From positions 1-51,714 of IMG/VR virus record IMGVR_UViG_3300021389_000035: DNA of 51,714 bases. One strand, written 5' to 3'. The notes beneath the pieces are model-generated. The model did not search any database. It saw only the letters and a list, made by a program, of their open reading frames with translations, and was not told the origin of the DNA. Source of the DNA: a virus. This document shows positions 1 to 9,393 of the stretch, piece after piece. The position numbers were made by a program, and so were the translations under genes. The number at the start of each line of letters is the position of its first letter. Position 1 is the first letter of the stretch.

Positions 1-2
1 AG

Positions 3-260
3 TACTATAATGGTAAGATGGATCAAAAAGAGTTACTTGCTACTGGATGGGATTTAGATCCATTCGATGGACTCAAAGTACTCAAGGGTGACATGGATTT
101 GTATTATGATGCAGATCCTGAGATTCAAAAGTCCGAAGAGAAGATACAATACTATAATACAATTATAGATACATTGAAAGAAATCGTTCAAAGTCTTAAC
201 TGGCGACACCAAACGATTGGTAACATGATTCGATATAGGGCATTTGAAGCGGGTGCATAA
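3..260 (+). CDS. uvsY: UvsY-like recombination mediator, C-terminal part (truncated by window start)
   Basis: Frame is open from base 3 (YYNGKMDQKEL...). It ends ...IRYRAFEAGA, matching the T4 UvsY tail (DYYSGR...MRAFEAGK), and lies next to uvsW. Confidence 0.8.
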   Translation, partial: YYNGKMDQKELLATGWDLDPFDGLKVLKGDMDLYYDADPEIQKSEEKIQYYNTIIDTLKEIVQSLNWRHQTIGNMIRYRAFEAGA

Positions 261-424
261 TGCGACAGTATGATGATGAAGATGTAGATAAAGCAAACTG
301 GTTACACGAACATGGCATGTGTGTAGACTTTAACATGATTGACTTAGCAAAGAGACTGTATGAACAAAGACAACACGATACGGGTGAGAATGTTAAACCA
401 TTCTTATCTGGCGATAGAGAGTAA
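260..424 (+). CDS. small hypothetical protein (54 aa), overlaps the uvsW start
   Basis: ATG overlaps the uvsY stop (TAATG). MRQYDDEDVDKANWLHEHG...FLSGDRE. Below the ORF-track length cutoff. Confidence 0.5.
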   Translation: MRQYDDEDVDKANWLHEHGMCVDFNMIDLAKRLYEQRQHDTGENVKPFLSGDRE

Positions 425-1871
425 CGCACACCAAGAAATGGAGTTGCGGGAATTCTTTGCGTTTTTTGTTCCCGGCTACAAATATATGCCGGCATACAAA
501 CGTAAGGTTTGGGACGGTCGTGTGAAACTTTATAACACAGTGACAAAAAGTCTTAATGTTGGACTGTACCATCATCTGCGTAAATTCTGTGGTGATAGAT
601 TCTATCCTTTACAGATACTAGAACACGAAGAGTATGGTATTCCTAGTTCAACTACCAAGGTGAATCATCCCGAGTTGGTCAACTACCTAGGAAACCTCGG
701 TAGTCCGTTCGATACGAGAGATTACCAGTACGAAGCGATATCCCATGGTATTGAAAACAAGCGGTGTTTATTACTATCTCCAACCGGCAGCGGCAAGAGT
801 TTTATTATATACAATTTATTGCGGTTTGTCAAGGATAAAGAAAACGTAGGTAAAGTTTTAGTTATTGTTCCTACAACAAGTCTGGTAGAACAGATGTATA
901 AAGACTTCATCGACTATGGTTATGACGTGGAGAATGAATGCCACAGGATCTACTCTGGTAAGGAGAAGGTTACTGATAAAGACGTTATCATCTCTACATG
1001 GCAGTCGATCTATAAGTTTGGCCCCGAGTGGTTCGAACAATTCGATGCAGTGTTTGGTGATGAAGTGCATCTATTCAAGGCAAAGTCTCTATCTACTATG
1101 ATGGATAAATGTGTTAATGCTAAGTATAGATTCGGTACTACCGGTACACTAGATGGTACCGAGACGAACAAACTTGTACTTGAGGGTTTGTTTGGCCCTG
1201 TATATAAGGTTACTACTACTGCAAAGTTGCAAGAAGAGAAAACACTTGCTGATCTAGAGATCTCGATTCTTCTTCTGAGGTATCACAATGATATCTGTCA
1301 ACGGATGAAGGACAAGACCTATCAGGAAGAAATTGACTACATAGTTACAAATGAACGAAGGAATAAGTTCATCACTAAACTTACAAAAGACCTAGATGGT
1401 AATAGTTTGGTCATGTTTCAGTTCGTAGAAAAACACGGTAAGGTTTTATACGAAATGATTAAAGACGCGGTATCTGATACCAACCGGAAAGTGTTCTATG
1501 TTTCTGGTGAAGTTGATGCGACTGACCGTGAGAAAATTAGGGGAATAGTGGAGAAAGAAAATGATGCAATTATTGTCGCTAGTTTGGGGACTTTTAGTAC
1601 TGGTATCAATATTAGGAATCTGCACAATATTGTTTTTGGGACTCCATCAAAGTCTCAAGTCAAAGTACTTCAGTCAATCGGACGTGGACTCAGACAATCC
1701 GACAACGAAGCAGTGACCAAGTTATTTGATATCGCTGACGACTTCTCTGTAAAAGGACACCGTAACTTTACTTTAAACCATTCGGGTGAACGTGTTAAGA
1801 TGTACACGAAAGAGGGTTTTAAGTATAAGATATATAAGATAGACCTAAAAGGAAACGATGATGATATATGA
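360..1871 (+). CDS. uvsW: UvsW-like superfamily 2 DNA/RNA helicase
   Basis: Walker A (LSPTGSGKSF), VFGDEVH DExH-like motif, QSIGRGLRQ motif VI. T4 UvsW-like N-terminus (ELREFFAFFVPGYKYMP). Confidence 0.95.
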   Translation: MNKDNTIRVRMLNHSYLAIESNAHQEMELREFFAFFVPGYKYMPAYKRKVWDGRVKLYNTVTKSLNVGLYHHLRKFCGDRFYPLQILEHEEYGIPSSTTKVNHPELVNYLGNLGSPFDTRDYQYEAISHGIENKRCLLLSPTGSGKSFIIYNLLRFVKDKENVGKVLVIVPTTSLVEQMYKDFIDYGYDVENECHRIYSGKEKVTDKDVIISTWQSIYKFGPEWFEQFDAVFGDEVHLFKAKSLSTMMDKCVNAKYRFGTTGTLDGTETNKLVLEGLFGPVYKVTTTAKLQEEKTLADLEISILLLRYHNDICQRMKDKTYQEEIDYIVTNERRNKFITKLTKDLDGNSLVMFQFVEKHGKVLYEMIKDAVSDTNRKVFYVSGEVDATDREKIRGIVEKENDAIIVASLGTFSTGINIRNLHNIVFGTPSKSQVKVLQSIGRGLRQSDNEAVTKLFDIADDFSVKGHRNFTLNHSGERVKMYTKEGFKYKIYKIDLKGNDDDI

Positions 1872-2247
1872 TTTAAAACAAGTGAAACAACTCAAGTTAT
1901 CCACTGGTGAAGAGATCATGTGTGAGATCCTTGAGGAAGATGATTATGATCTTATTATTAGAAATCCTCTTACCATCCAGTTTGCGCAAACCGAAGATGG
2001 CCAGAGAATGTGGTCGTTCCGTTTGTTCATGTGTTATCAGGATGATCCGGATAGATTCATTCTTTTGAAGTTGGATAAGATTGTCAGTATCGCTAATCCA
2101 GTTGACGAAATTTTGAAACAGTATGTTCAAGCAGTTGATTCTATCATGGATTATGAAGGTACTGAACCAGAGTATGACGATGAGTTTGTTTCGATGGATA
2201 GTGACTCACCTAATAACATTTTAAAGTTCCCTACAACCATTCACTAA
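1858..2247 (+). CDS. conserved phage hypothetical protein
   Basis: 129 aa ORF with short overlap to uvsW; acidic C-terminus. Confidence 0.6.
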   Translation: MMIYDLKQVKQLKLSTGEEIMCEILEEDDYDLIIRNPLTIQFAQTEDGQRMWSFRLFMCYQDDPDRFILLKLDKIVSIANPVDEILKQYVQAVDSIMDYEGTEPEYDDEFVSMDSDSPNNILKFPTTIH

Positions 2248-2320
2248 ACGTTACATTGACTGGGGGGCAGACAACATGCTTATTTTATCATATAAATTTT
2301 AATATGGCAAGGATTATTTT

Positions 2321-2776
2321 ATGAAAGTTGGTTTTACCTGTTCTGCATTTGATCTGTTACATGCAGGTCACGTTCAGATGTTGCGTAATGCAAAAGAACA
2401 ATGTGATTATCTTATTGTGGGTCTACAGACAGATCCTAGCGTAGACCGTTCCGATAAGAACTCCCCTATCCAGACCATCGTTGAACGATACAGTCAACTC
2501 AATGCCTGTAAGTATGTCGATGAGATTATCCCCTATACCACAGAGTCAGACTTGGAAGATATCTTATCCATGTGTCATATCGATGTTCGTATATTGGGGG
2601 AGGAATACAAGGACATGGATTTTACGGGAAAGGATATCGGTAAAAAACGTGGTATCCAACTTTACTTCAATGAAAGGTCTCACAGATTTTCTTCTAGTGA
2701 TTTGAGAAAGAGAGTTGAGAAGGCTGGGACTTTAAATATTTTAAAAACAAACCTTGACATTCCCGACCCATTTTAG
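2321..2776 (+). CDS. glycerol-3-phosphate cytidylyltransferase-like nucleotidyltransferase
   Basis: TCSAFDLLHAGHVQML (HxGH) and SSSDLRKR (SSS-x-x-R-like) motifs of TagD/cytidylyltransferases. Confidence 0.85.
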   Translation: MKVGFTCSAFDLLHAGHVQMLRNAKEQCDYLIVGLQTDPSVDRSDKNSPIQTIVERYSQLNACKYVDEIIPYTTESDLEDILSMCHIDVRILGEEYKDMDFTGKDIGKKRGIQLYFNERSHRFSSSDLRKRVEKAGTLNILKTNLDIPDPF

Positions 2777-2782
2777 TATAAT
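2754..2782 (+). promoter_or_regulatory. sigma70 consensus promoter TTGACA-N17-TATAAT upstream of gp55
   Basis: Exact consensus hexamers with 17 nt spacing. Confidence 0.85.
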
Positions 2783-2808
2783 AGGGTAAATATAAAGTGA
2801 GAGTACCA

Positions 2809-3393
2809 ATGAAACCTAAAGATAGACCGCATTATGTAAACAATAAAGAGTTCTCCTTAGCGGTAGTAGACTACTGTGAAAGTGTACAGAATGCCACCGA
2901 AAACGGTGATGAACGTCCGATGATTAACGATTATATCGCATCGTGTTTTCTGAAGATCGCAGAAGGACTTTCACACAAGTCCAACTTTGTTCGTTACACT
3001 TACCGTGAAGAGATGGTCATGGATGCAGTAGAAAACTGTCTCAAGGCTATCGAGAACTATGACATCACTAAAGTTACTCGCACCAACGCACCCAATGCTT
3101 TCGCATACTTTACACAGATCTCTTGGTACGCATTCCTCCGAAGAATCCAGAAAGAAAAGAAACAACAAGACATTAAGATGAAGTATATCGCAGAAGCGGA
3201 CGTGAGTATGTTTGTTGATGAATCTGCTGATGGTGAATCTTATGGACAACATGTCGTGGAAGGATTACGGCATCGAATTGATACTGTTAAAGATGCGGAT
3301 AAACAGTTCAAAGACTATGTTAAAGAAGAAAAGAAACAACGGAAGAGACGTGCAGTTAATGTCGATTCTGATCTTAGTGATTTTCTTACTTGA
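2809..3393 (+). CDS. 55: late transcription sigma factor gp55
   Basis: MKPKDRPHYVNNKEFSLAVVDY...IAEGLSHKSNF...DLSDFL resembles T4 gp55 (YNYVNNKELLQAIIDW...IAEGLSKRFNF...SLDFL). Confidence 0.9.
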   Translation: MKPKDRPHYVNNKEFSLAVVDYCESVQNATENGDERPMINDYIASCFLKIAEGLSHKSNFVRYTYREEMVMDAVENCLKAIENYDITKVTRTNAPNAFAYFTQISWYAFLRRIQKEKKQQDIKMKYIAEADVSMFVDESADGESYGQHVVEGLRHRIDTVKDADKQFKDYVKEEKKQRKRRAVNVDSDLSDFLT

Positions 3394-3418
3394 CAGACTG
3401 ATCTTTATCATGTATAAT
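3390..3418 (+). promoter_or_regulatory. sigma70 consensus promoter upstream of gp47
   Basis: TTGACA-N17-TATAAT. Confidence 0.85.
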
Positions 3419-3448
3419 AGTAACATCTATTAATAAAATGAGTATTAT

Positions 3449-4513
3449 ATGAAGCTGGCTATACTGAACGACACTCATGCAGGGTGTCGTAATTCTTCTG
3501 ATATCTTTATGGGTTACCAAGAACGTTTCTATTCGGAGGTGTTCTTCCCGTATCTGTTGGAGAATAATATCACCCAGATTCTCCATCTCGGAGATTACTA
3601 CGACAATCGTAAGACTATCAACTTCAAAGCACTTGCGCATAACCGTAAGATCTTTCTGGAGAAGTTGAGAGAGTATGGTATCACGATGGATATCATTCCG
3701 GGCAACCACGATGTGTACTATAAGAATACCAATGAGTTGAACGCGTTGAAGGAACTCCAAGGTCACTACATGAATGAGGTTAACCTTATCATGGAACCGA
3801 CTACTATGGAGTATGGTGGACTGAAGGTTGCAATGGTTCCTTGGATCAATCCCGAGAATGAGAAATCTACTCTGGAATTCCTGAAGACTACCAAGGCAGA
3901 AGTCGTGGGTGCACACCTTGAACTTGCAGGATTCGAGATGGCTCGTGGTCAAGTCTGTAAGGATGGTATGGATAAGTCTGCGTTTGATCGGTTCGAAACT
4001 GTATTGACCGGACACTTTCATGCAAAATCTTCGCAGGGTAATATCCATTACCTTGGTGCACAGATGGAATTCTTCTGGAATGATTGCGGTGACCCTAAAC
4101 ACTTCCATGTCCTTGATACCAAAACAAGAGAACTGGAAGCAGTCCATAACCCAATCACTATCTACGAGAAGATTTACTACGACCACGAGAAGATGGATGA
4201 TTGGAAGTTCAAGGATATGTCTTACTTAGATAATAAGTTTGTCAAGATTATAGTGAACAATAAGGGTGATGCTCTACAGTTCGAACGTTTTGTGGATCGT
4301 GTACAACAACAGAAGATTCATGAACTGAAGATTGCAGAAGACTTCAAAGATTTCCTTGGTGAGAATGTGGGTGACGAAAACATATCTGTTGACGATACTC
4401 ATACTTTAGTCAACGATTATATTGACAATGTTAATACTGATCTGAATAAGGATAGAATCAAAACAGAGATTTCGTACCTTATGAAAGAAGCTCAGAGTAT
4501 GGAAGTAATTTAA
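3449..4513 (+). CDS. 47: gp47 SbcD-like recombination endonuclease subunit
   Basis: Calcineurin-like phosphoesterase motifs: LNDTHAG, LGDYYDNR, GNHDVYY, GHFHAK. Confidence 0.93.
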   Translation: MKLAILNDTHAGCRNSSDIFMGYQERFYSEVFFPYLLENNITQILHLGDYYDNRKTINFKALAHNRKIFLEKLREYGITMDIIPGNHDVYYKNTNELNALKELQGHYMNEVNLIMEPTTMEYGGLKVAMVPWINPENEKSTLEFLKTTKAEVVGAHLELAGFEMARGQVCKDGMDKSAFDRFETVLTGHFHAKSSQGNIHYLGAQMEFFWNDCGDPKHFHVLDTKTRELEAVHNPITIYEKIYYDHEKMDDWKFKDMSYLDNKFVKIIVNNKGDALQFERFVDRVQQQKIHELKIAEDFKDFLGENVGDENISVDDTHTLVNDYIDNVNTDLNKDRIKTEISYLMKEAQSMEVI

Positions 4514-4514
4514 C

Positions 4515-4543
4515 TTGACAACCTGTGACTAATGGTGTATAAT
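4515..4543 (+). promoter_or_regulatory. sigma70 consensus promoter upstream of gp46
   Basis: TTGACA-N17-TATAAT. Confidence 0.85.
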
Positions 4544-4550
4544 ACCCTTT

Positions 4551-6272
4551 ATGATAAAATTTAAACAACTTCGATATAAAAACTTCCTGTCATCTGGTAA
4601 TGCCTTTACAGAGATAGACTTTACTGCATCCTCTACGACATTGGTCGTGGGTCATAATGGTGCGGGTAAGTCTACTATGTTGGACGCATTATCCTTTGGT
4701 TTGTTTGGTAAACCTCACCGTAAGATCTCTAAAGGACAACTGGTCAATACCATTAATGGTAAAGGAACAGTTGTTGAAGTTGAGTTCTCTATGGGTTCAC
4801 AGGAATATAAGATTGTTCGTGGGATAAAACCTAACATATTCGAAATCTGGGTTGGTGGCAATATGATCAACCAAGACTCTCATGCAAAAGAATATCAGTC
4901 TATGCTTGAGAAGAATATACTAAAACTTACCCACAAATCTTTTCACCAGATTGTTGTTCTCGGATCAAGTTCCTTTGTTCCGTTTATGCAGTTGACCGGT
5001 GGTGCGAGACGTGAGGTAATCGAGGATCTTCTCGACATCAATATCTTCTCTAAGATGAATAGTATTCTGAAAGAAAAGATGTCTGTGTTGAGAGATCAGA
5101 TAACCACGAATGGTTACAACATAGAGATGTGTAAGACTAAGATAAACTCACAGAAGAAGTATCTACGTGATTTGTCTGCAATCAACACAGCACATCGTAA
5201 AGAGAAAGAGTCAGAGATTGAGGCTAACCAGACTGAGATTGAGTTTCTTCAGGGATACAATACTGAACACATGGAGATTGTGACGACACAACTAGAAGAC
5301 GTGTCGAAGAAAATCGAAGGTATAAACTCCAATCGTAACAAACTGATCGAGTACCAATCGACCTTCAAATCACAGATTAAGACTGTGGTTAAGGAAGCGA
5401 AGTTCTTTGACGAGAACGAACACTGTCCTACCTGTGACCAAGGTATTGCCGAAGACCTACGTGAGTCCAAGAAGGTATCTGCGAAGTCACGTGCAAAGGA
5501 ACTGAACTCTGCAATGTCTAAGTCAACTCAACAGATGGGGACTTACGATGAACAACTTGTAGAACTCCATAGTCGGTTAGAAGAGGCCAAGACTTTACAG
5601 AACAATGTGAATAACAATAACCAGATGATTGCTAGGTTATACAAACAGAATGATAGTATTCGTTCTGATATGGATTCACAGTCAGAAACCACCGGCGACC
5701 TCAAGAGTGCTAACGAAGAGTTAGAGACTTTGAACACCGAACTGCACAAAACTCAGGACGAGAAGTATATCCTTGCTGAACAGTACTCGTACAACCAAGT
5801 GAATGCTGAGTTGTTACGTGATACCGGCATCAAGACCAAGATCATCAAACAGTACATTCCGGTCATCAATCAACTGACCAACCAGTACCTACAGATCTTG
5901 GACTTCTTTGTACATTTCGATCTGGACGAGAGTTTTCAAGAGACTATCCGGTCACGTTTCCGTGATAACTTCTCTTACGATTCTTTCTCGGAAGGTGAGA
6001 AACAACGAATCGATTTGTCTCTATTGTTTACGTGGAGACAGATTGCTAAGATGAAGAATTCAGTCGCAACCAATCTATTGATTTTGGACGAGACTTTTGA
6101 TTCATCATTAGACGATGATGGGGTTGACAATCTTATGAAAATCCTGTATAGTCTAGGGGAAGAGACAAACGTTTTTGTTATCTCTCACAAGTCGGAACTT
6201 GAGGATGCTCAATTCCAACGTAAACTGGAATTTGTTAAAGAGAAAAACTTTTCCAAATTAAAAGCTGCATAA
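4551..6272 (+). CDS. 46: gp46 SbcC/Rad50-like recombination endonuclease subunit
   Basis: Walker A VGHNGAGKSTML, zinc hook CPTCDQG, signature FSEGEKQRIDL, Walker B LLILDETFD. Confidence 0.95.
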   Translation: MIKFKQLRYKNFLSSGNAFTEIDFTASSTTLVVGHNGAGKSTMLDALSFGLFGKPHRKISKGQLVNTINGKGTVVEVEFSMGSQEYKIVRGIKPNIFEIWVGGNMINQDSHAKEYQSMLEKNILKLTHKSFHQIVVLGSSSFVPFMQLTGGARREVIEDLLDINIFSKMNSILKEKMSVLRDQITTNGYNIEMCKTKINSQKKYLRDLSAINTAHRKEKESEIEANQTEIEFLQGYNTEHMEIVTTQLEDVSKKIEGINSNRNKLIEYQSTFKSQIKTVVKEAKFFDENEHCPTCDQGIAEDLRESKKVSAKSRAKELNSAMSKSTQQMGTYDEQLVELHSRLEEAKTLQNNVNNNNQMIARLYKQNDSIRSDMDSQSETTGDLKSANEELETLNTELHKTQDEKYILAEQYSYNQVNAELLRDTGIKTKIIKQYIPVINQLTNQYLQILDFFVHFDLDESFQETIRSRFRDNFSYDSFSEGEKQRIDLSLLFTWRQIAKMKNSVATNLLILDETFDSSLDDDGVDNLMKILYSLGEETNVFVISHKSELEDAQFQRKLEFVKEKNFSKLKAA

Positions 6273-6275
6273 GGG

Positions 6276-6304
6276 TTGACAAACGTTGCCCAATGTTATA
6301 TAAT
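6276..6304 (+). promoter_or_regulatory. sigma70 consensus promoter upstream of gp45
   Basis: TTGACA-N17-TATAAT. Confidence 0.85.
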
Positions 6305-6333
6305 GACTGTATATTAACTGAGAGAACTAAATC

Positions 6334-7011
6334 ATGGAACTATCTGATCGTACCTTATCGGTACTTAAAAACTTCGCAAACATCAATTCTAACATTGTGT
6401 TTCGTGAAGGCAATGAACTAAAAACTATTTCGGTCGCAAAGAACATTCTTGCAAAAGTTACCCTAGATGACGATATCCCATCCACCTTCGGTATCTACGA
6501 CCTTAATGAATTCCTTAGTGTGTTGGGTCTAGTTGAGAAACCCGCACTAAGATTCGAAAAGACTCACGTAGTAGTCTCTGACTCTACCGGTCTTCGTGGT
6601 AACCGTTACTTCTATTCTGACATTGATATGTTGTCTGCACCTAGTAAAGATGTCATCATGCCAGAACCAGAAGTTAAGTTTACCCTAGATACTGATACAT
6701 TGAGTCGATTGAAGCGTGCGTCCTCTGTCCTAGGACACGATACTATCTCTATCACCCCCGAAGGTAAGTCTATCAAACTTACTGTGGTTGATAACGATGA
6801 CGCAACTTCTAATAGTTTCTTCTCATATGTTGAAGGAGAGTTCCAAGAAGGAGTTGATTTCAACTTTGTCCTGAATGTGAACAACTTGAAGATTGTTTCC
6901 GAAGACTTTGAGGTTGGTATTTCTAAGAAATTGATCTCTAACTTTAAGTCGAAACAATCGTCCATTGAATATTTTATTGCACTTGAAAAATCATCTACCT
7001 ACGGAGTATAA
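6334..7011 (+). CDS. 45: gp45 DNA polymerase sliding clamp
   Basis: MELSDRTLSVLKNFANINSNIVFREGNELKTIS is T4 gp45-like. Position between gp46 and gp44. Confidence 0.92.
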   Translation: MELSDRTLSVLKNFANINSNIVFREGNELKTISVAKNILAKVTLDDDIPSTFGIYDLNEFLSVLGLVEKPALRFEKTHVVVSDSTGLRGNRYFYSDIDMLSAPSKDVIMPEPEVKFTLDTDTLSRLKRASSVLGHDTISITPEGKSIKLTVVDNDDATSNSFFSYVEGEFQEGVDFNFVLNVNNLKIVSEDFEVGISKKLISNFKSKQSSIEYFIALEKSSTYGV

Positions 7012-7014
7012 GAA

Positions 7015-7233
7015 ATGAGTAACAAAGAAAAGGCACCAACACCACCAGTTAAAGACGAACGTATCGCAGTACTGTTAGACCTCGCTAATCGAGTCTCACG
7101 ATCTACTGTCGCAGTAATCGATACTGTAGTACAACGTGGTGGCTTCAAAGGTGAAGAATTGTCTACGATTGGTCAGTTGCGAGATCAAGCAATTGAATCT
7201 ATCCAACTAGTTGAACAGTTACAAGACCAGTAA
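7015..7233 (+). CDS. conserved small phage protein
   Basis: 72 aa ORF immediately downstream of gp45. Confidence 0.6.
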   Translation: MSNKEKAPTPPVKDERIAVLLDLANRVSRSTVAVIDTVVQRGGFKGEELSTIGQLRDQAIESIQLVEQLQDQ

Positions 7234-7241
7234 CCAACTAA

Positions 7242-7318
7242 GCGTTTGTCGTCTAATTGGATAAGGCATCCGCCTTCTAAGCGGATTATTGCAGGTTCGA
7301 GTCCTGCCAGACGCGCCA
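7242..7318 (+). tRNA. tRNA-Arg (TCT anticodon)
   Basis: Acceptor GCGTTTG/CAGACGC, anticodon stem TCCGC/GCGGA with loop CTTCTAA, T-arm GGTTCGAGTCC, encoded CCA. Confidence 0.93.
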
Positions 7319-7324
7319 AATAAT

Positions 7325-7398
7325 GCGGGTGTAGTATAGTGGTATTGCAGCGGGTTTCCGACCCGCGAACGGGAGTTCGATTCTCTCCACCCGCTCCA
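7325..7398 (+). tRNA. tRNA-Gly (TCC anticodon)
   Basis: Acceptor GCGGGTG/CACCCGC, anticodon stem GCGGG/CCCGC with loop TTTCCGA, T-arm AGTTCGATTCT, encoded CCA. Confidence 0.93.
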
Positions 7399-7417
7399 TA
7401 TTATTATAGGAGAATGA

Positions 7418-7948
7418 ATGTTGTTTAAAACATATATCCCCGATGTTGTACACCATATGCGGGAACGTGATGAATCTATTGGAGGAGACAATCCTTACAA
7501 ATGGGTTCGTAAGATGACAAGTGAATTGCTTGGAGGGAAGAAGGTTATCGTCTTTGGATTGCCTGGCGCATTTACTCCTACTTGCACTAATGAACAACTA
7601 CCCAACTTCGAACGACTCCATGACGAGTTTGTTGCAGAAGGTATTGAAGAGATCTGGTGCACTTCGGTGAACGATGCATTCTCGATGAACAAGTGGGCCA
7701 AAGACCTTGGTATTATCAAGGTGAAGATGTTACCTGACGGTAACGGTCAGTTTGCAGATGGTATGGGTTACTTAGTTGATAAGTCCAATCTAGGGTTCGG
7801 CAAACGTTCTTGGCGTTACGCACTAGTCATTGATAACATGAGTACTGAACGTTGGTTCGATGAAGACGGTATGTCTGACAATTGTCCGGACGACCCATAC
7901 GAAGTATCTAATCCACAGAATGTCCTTGATACAATACGAAACAGTTAA
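7418..7948 (+). CDS. Prx5/AHP1-type peroxiredoxin-like protein
   Basis: GKKVIVFGLPGAFTPTCTNEQLPNF is the peroxiredoxin active-site signature. SD AGGAG precedes ATG. Confidence 0.88.
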   Translation: MLFKTYIPDVVHHMRERDESIGGDNPYKWVRKMTSELLGGKKVIVFGLPGAFTPTCTNEQLPNFERLHDEFVAEGIEEIWCTSVNDAFSMNKWAKDLGIIKVKMLPDGNGQFADGMGYLVDKSNLGFGKRSWRYALVIDNMSTERWFDEDGMSDNCPDDPYEVSNPQNVLDTIRNS

Positions 7949-7952
7949 TATT

Positions 7953-7974
7953 ACCCCCCGAAAGGGGGGTTTTT
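7953..7974 (+). terminator. rho-independent terminator
   Basis: ACCCCCCGAAAGGGGGGTTTTTT; 6-7 bp stem, U-tract. Confidence 0.9.
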
Positions 7975-7976
7975 GA

Positions 7977-8005
7977 TTGACAATGAAACACAGGTGTGTT
8001 ATAAT
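7977..8005 (+). promoter_or_regulatory. sigma70 consensus promoter upstream of gp44
   Basis: TTGACA-N17-TATAAT starting 3 nt after the terminator. Confidence 0.85.
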
Positions 8006-8034
8006 TACCTGTAAATTAAATTATGGAGCAATAC

Positions 8035-8973
8035 ATGAAAGATGAATTCTTATGGGTCGAGCGGTTTCGTCCACAGAAAGTATCAGACACTATCCTGTCG
8101 TCTGACCTAAAAGTAACATTCCAAAAGATCGTAGATGGTGGTGAACTACCTAACATGTTGTTCTCTGGTACTGCGGGTACTGGTAAGACGACTATCGCAC
8201 GTGCCATGTGTGACGAACTTGGTCTTGACTATATTGTCATCAACGGATCTGAAGAGGGTAACATTGATACTCTTCGTGGTAAGATCAAACAGTTTGCATC
8301 CTCGGTATCACTGTCCGGTGGTTACAAGGTTGTTATCCTAGATGAGGCTGACTATCTCAATCCTCAATCTACCCAACCCGCTCTCCGTGGGTTTATCGAG
8401 GAGTTCTCTAATAACTGTCGGTTCATTCTGACATGTAACTTCAAGAACCGTGTAATCGAACCACTACACAGTCGTTGTTCTAATTATGAGTTTAACTTCT
8501 CTAAGAAGATTATGCAACAGTTGTGCGGTCAGTTTATGGTACGTGCACAGGATATTCTGGAAGGTGAGAATGTCAACTATAACAAAGATGTACTTGCGCA
8601 GTTGATTATGAAACACGCACCGGACTGGAGACGTGTTCTGAATGAACTACAACGACACAGTATCTCTGGTCAGTTGGAAACTACGTCTATTATCACTGAC
8701 GCAAACTCAAACTACAGTCTTTTATTCAAGGCGCTGAAGGGTAAAGACTTCAAGAAGATGCGTGGGTGGGTCGTTAACAATATGGATGTGGAACCCGCAT
8801 CTATCTTCCGTGGTATATACGATGCAATGTCCGAGTATGTACAACCCCAATCTATTCCGCAACTGGTGTTGATCCTCGCTGATTATCAATACAAGAATTC
8901 TTTTGTTGCGGATCACGAACTAAATCTGGTCGCATGTATGACCGAAATTATGGCTAATGTAGAGGTGAAATGA
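8035..8973 (+). CDS. 44: gp44 clamp loader large subunit
   Basis: AAA+ ATPase: SGTAGTGKTTIARAMC, VVILDEADYL, sensor region SRCSNYEF. SD GGAG before the second in-frame ATG (8035). Confidence 0.94.
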   Translation: MKDEFLWVERFRPQKVSDTILSSDLKVTFQKIVDGGELPNMLFSGTAGTGKTTIARAMCDELGLDYIVINGSEEGNIDTLRGKIKQFASSVSLSGGYKVVILDEADYLNPQSTQPALRGFIEEFSNNCRFILTCNFKNRVIEPLHSRCSNYEFNFSKKIMQQLCGQFMVRAQDILEGENVNYNKDVLAQLIMKHAPDWRRVLNELQRHSISGQLETTSIITDANSNYSLLFKALKGKDFKKMRGWVVNNMDVEPASIFRGIYDAMSEYVQPQSIPQLVLILADYQYKNSFVADHELNLVACMTEIMANVEVK

Positions 8974-9392
8974 TGAGTGATTTTCAAACAGAAGTAGAAG
9001 ATTTTATGTTAATTGGCGGACAGGAATATCCTTGTTCTCAGGGTTGTCACCTATATGAAGACCCTAAAGATAATGACGACCAAGTTCAACTGTATATGGA
9101 TCTAATTACCGAAGAGTATAATGAGACCCTTGAAGCATATAGGGACGGTGATATCGTAGAACTCGCAGATGGTCTTGCGGATATGGTATGGGTTATCATG
9201 GGTATGGCGTCAAGTCTTGATATCGATTTCGAAGATGTGTGGGAAGAAGTTAAACGATCCAATATGTCTAAGTTTGTTGATGGTGTTGCGATTCGTAACC
9301 CCGAGACAGGTAAGATTATGAAACCGGATACTTTCTCCGAACCAGATATTGCGAGAGTGTTGGGTAGCCAAATCTGTAACGCACGTGTGTAA
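8970..9392 (+). CDS. MazG-like nucleotide pyrophosphohydrolase
   Basis: LITEEYNETLEAYRDGDIVELADGLADMVWVIMG is an EExxE...ExxD all-alpha NTP pyrophosphatase pattern. Confidence 0.8.
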   Translation: MMSDFQTEVEDFMLIGGQEYPCSQGCHLYEDPKDNDDQVQLYMDLITEEYNETLEAYRDGDIVELADGLADMVWVIMGMASSLDIDFEDVWEEVKRSNMSKFVDGVAIRNPETGKIMKPDTFSEPDIARVLGSQICNARV

Positions 9393-9393
9393 G

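Noticed and set aside
2266-2310. Possible sigma70 promoter before the TagD-like gene (TTGACTGGGGGG...)
   Set aside because: A TTGACT is present but no acceptable -10 lies at 16-18 nt; evidence too weak.
3386-4186. Long minus-strand ORF (266 aa) opposite gp47
   Set aside because: Mirrors the gp47 reading frame with no start-site features or recognisable motifs; typical antisense open frame of a biased-codon gene.
7219-7491. Minus-strand 90 aa ORF (MSPPIDSSRSRIWCTTSG...GRESNSRSRVGNPLQYHYTTPALFGASGRTRTCNNPLRR)
   Set aside because: It is the antisense of the two tRNA genes (the classic tRNA-derived GRxRTCN artefact).
7286-7597. Minus-strand 103 aa ORF
   Set aside because: Antisense of tRNA-Gly and the peroxiredoxin start; same artefact.
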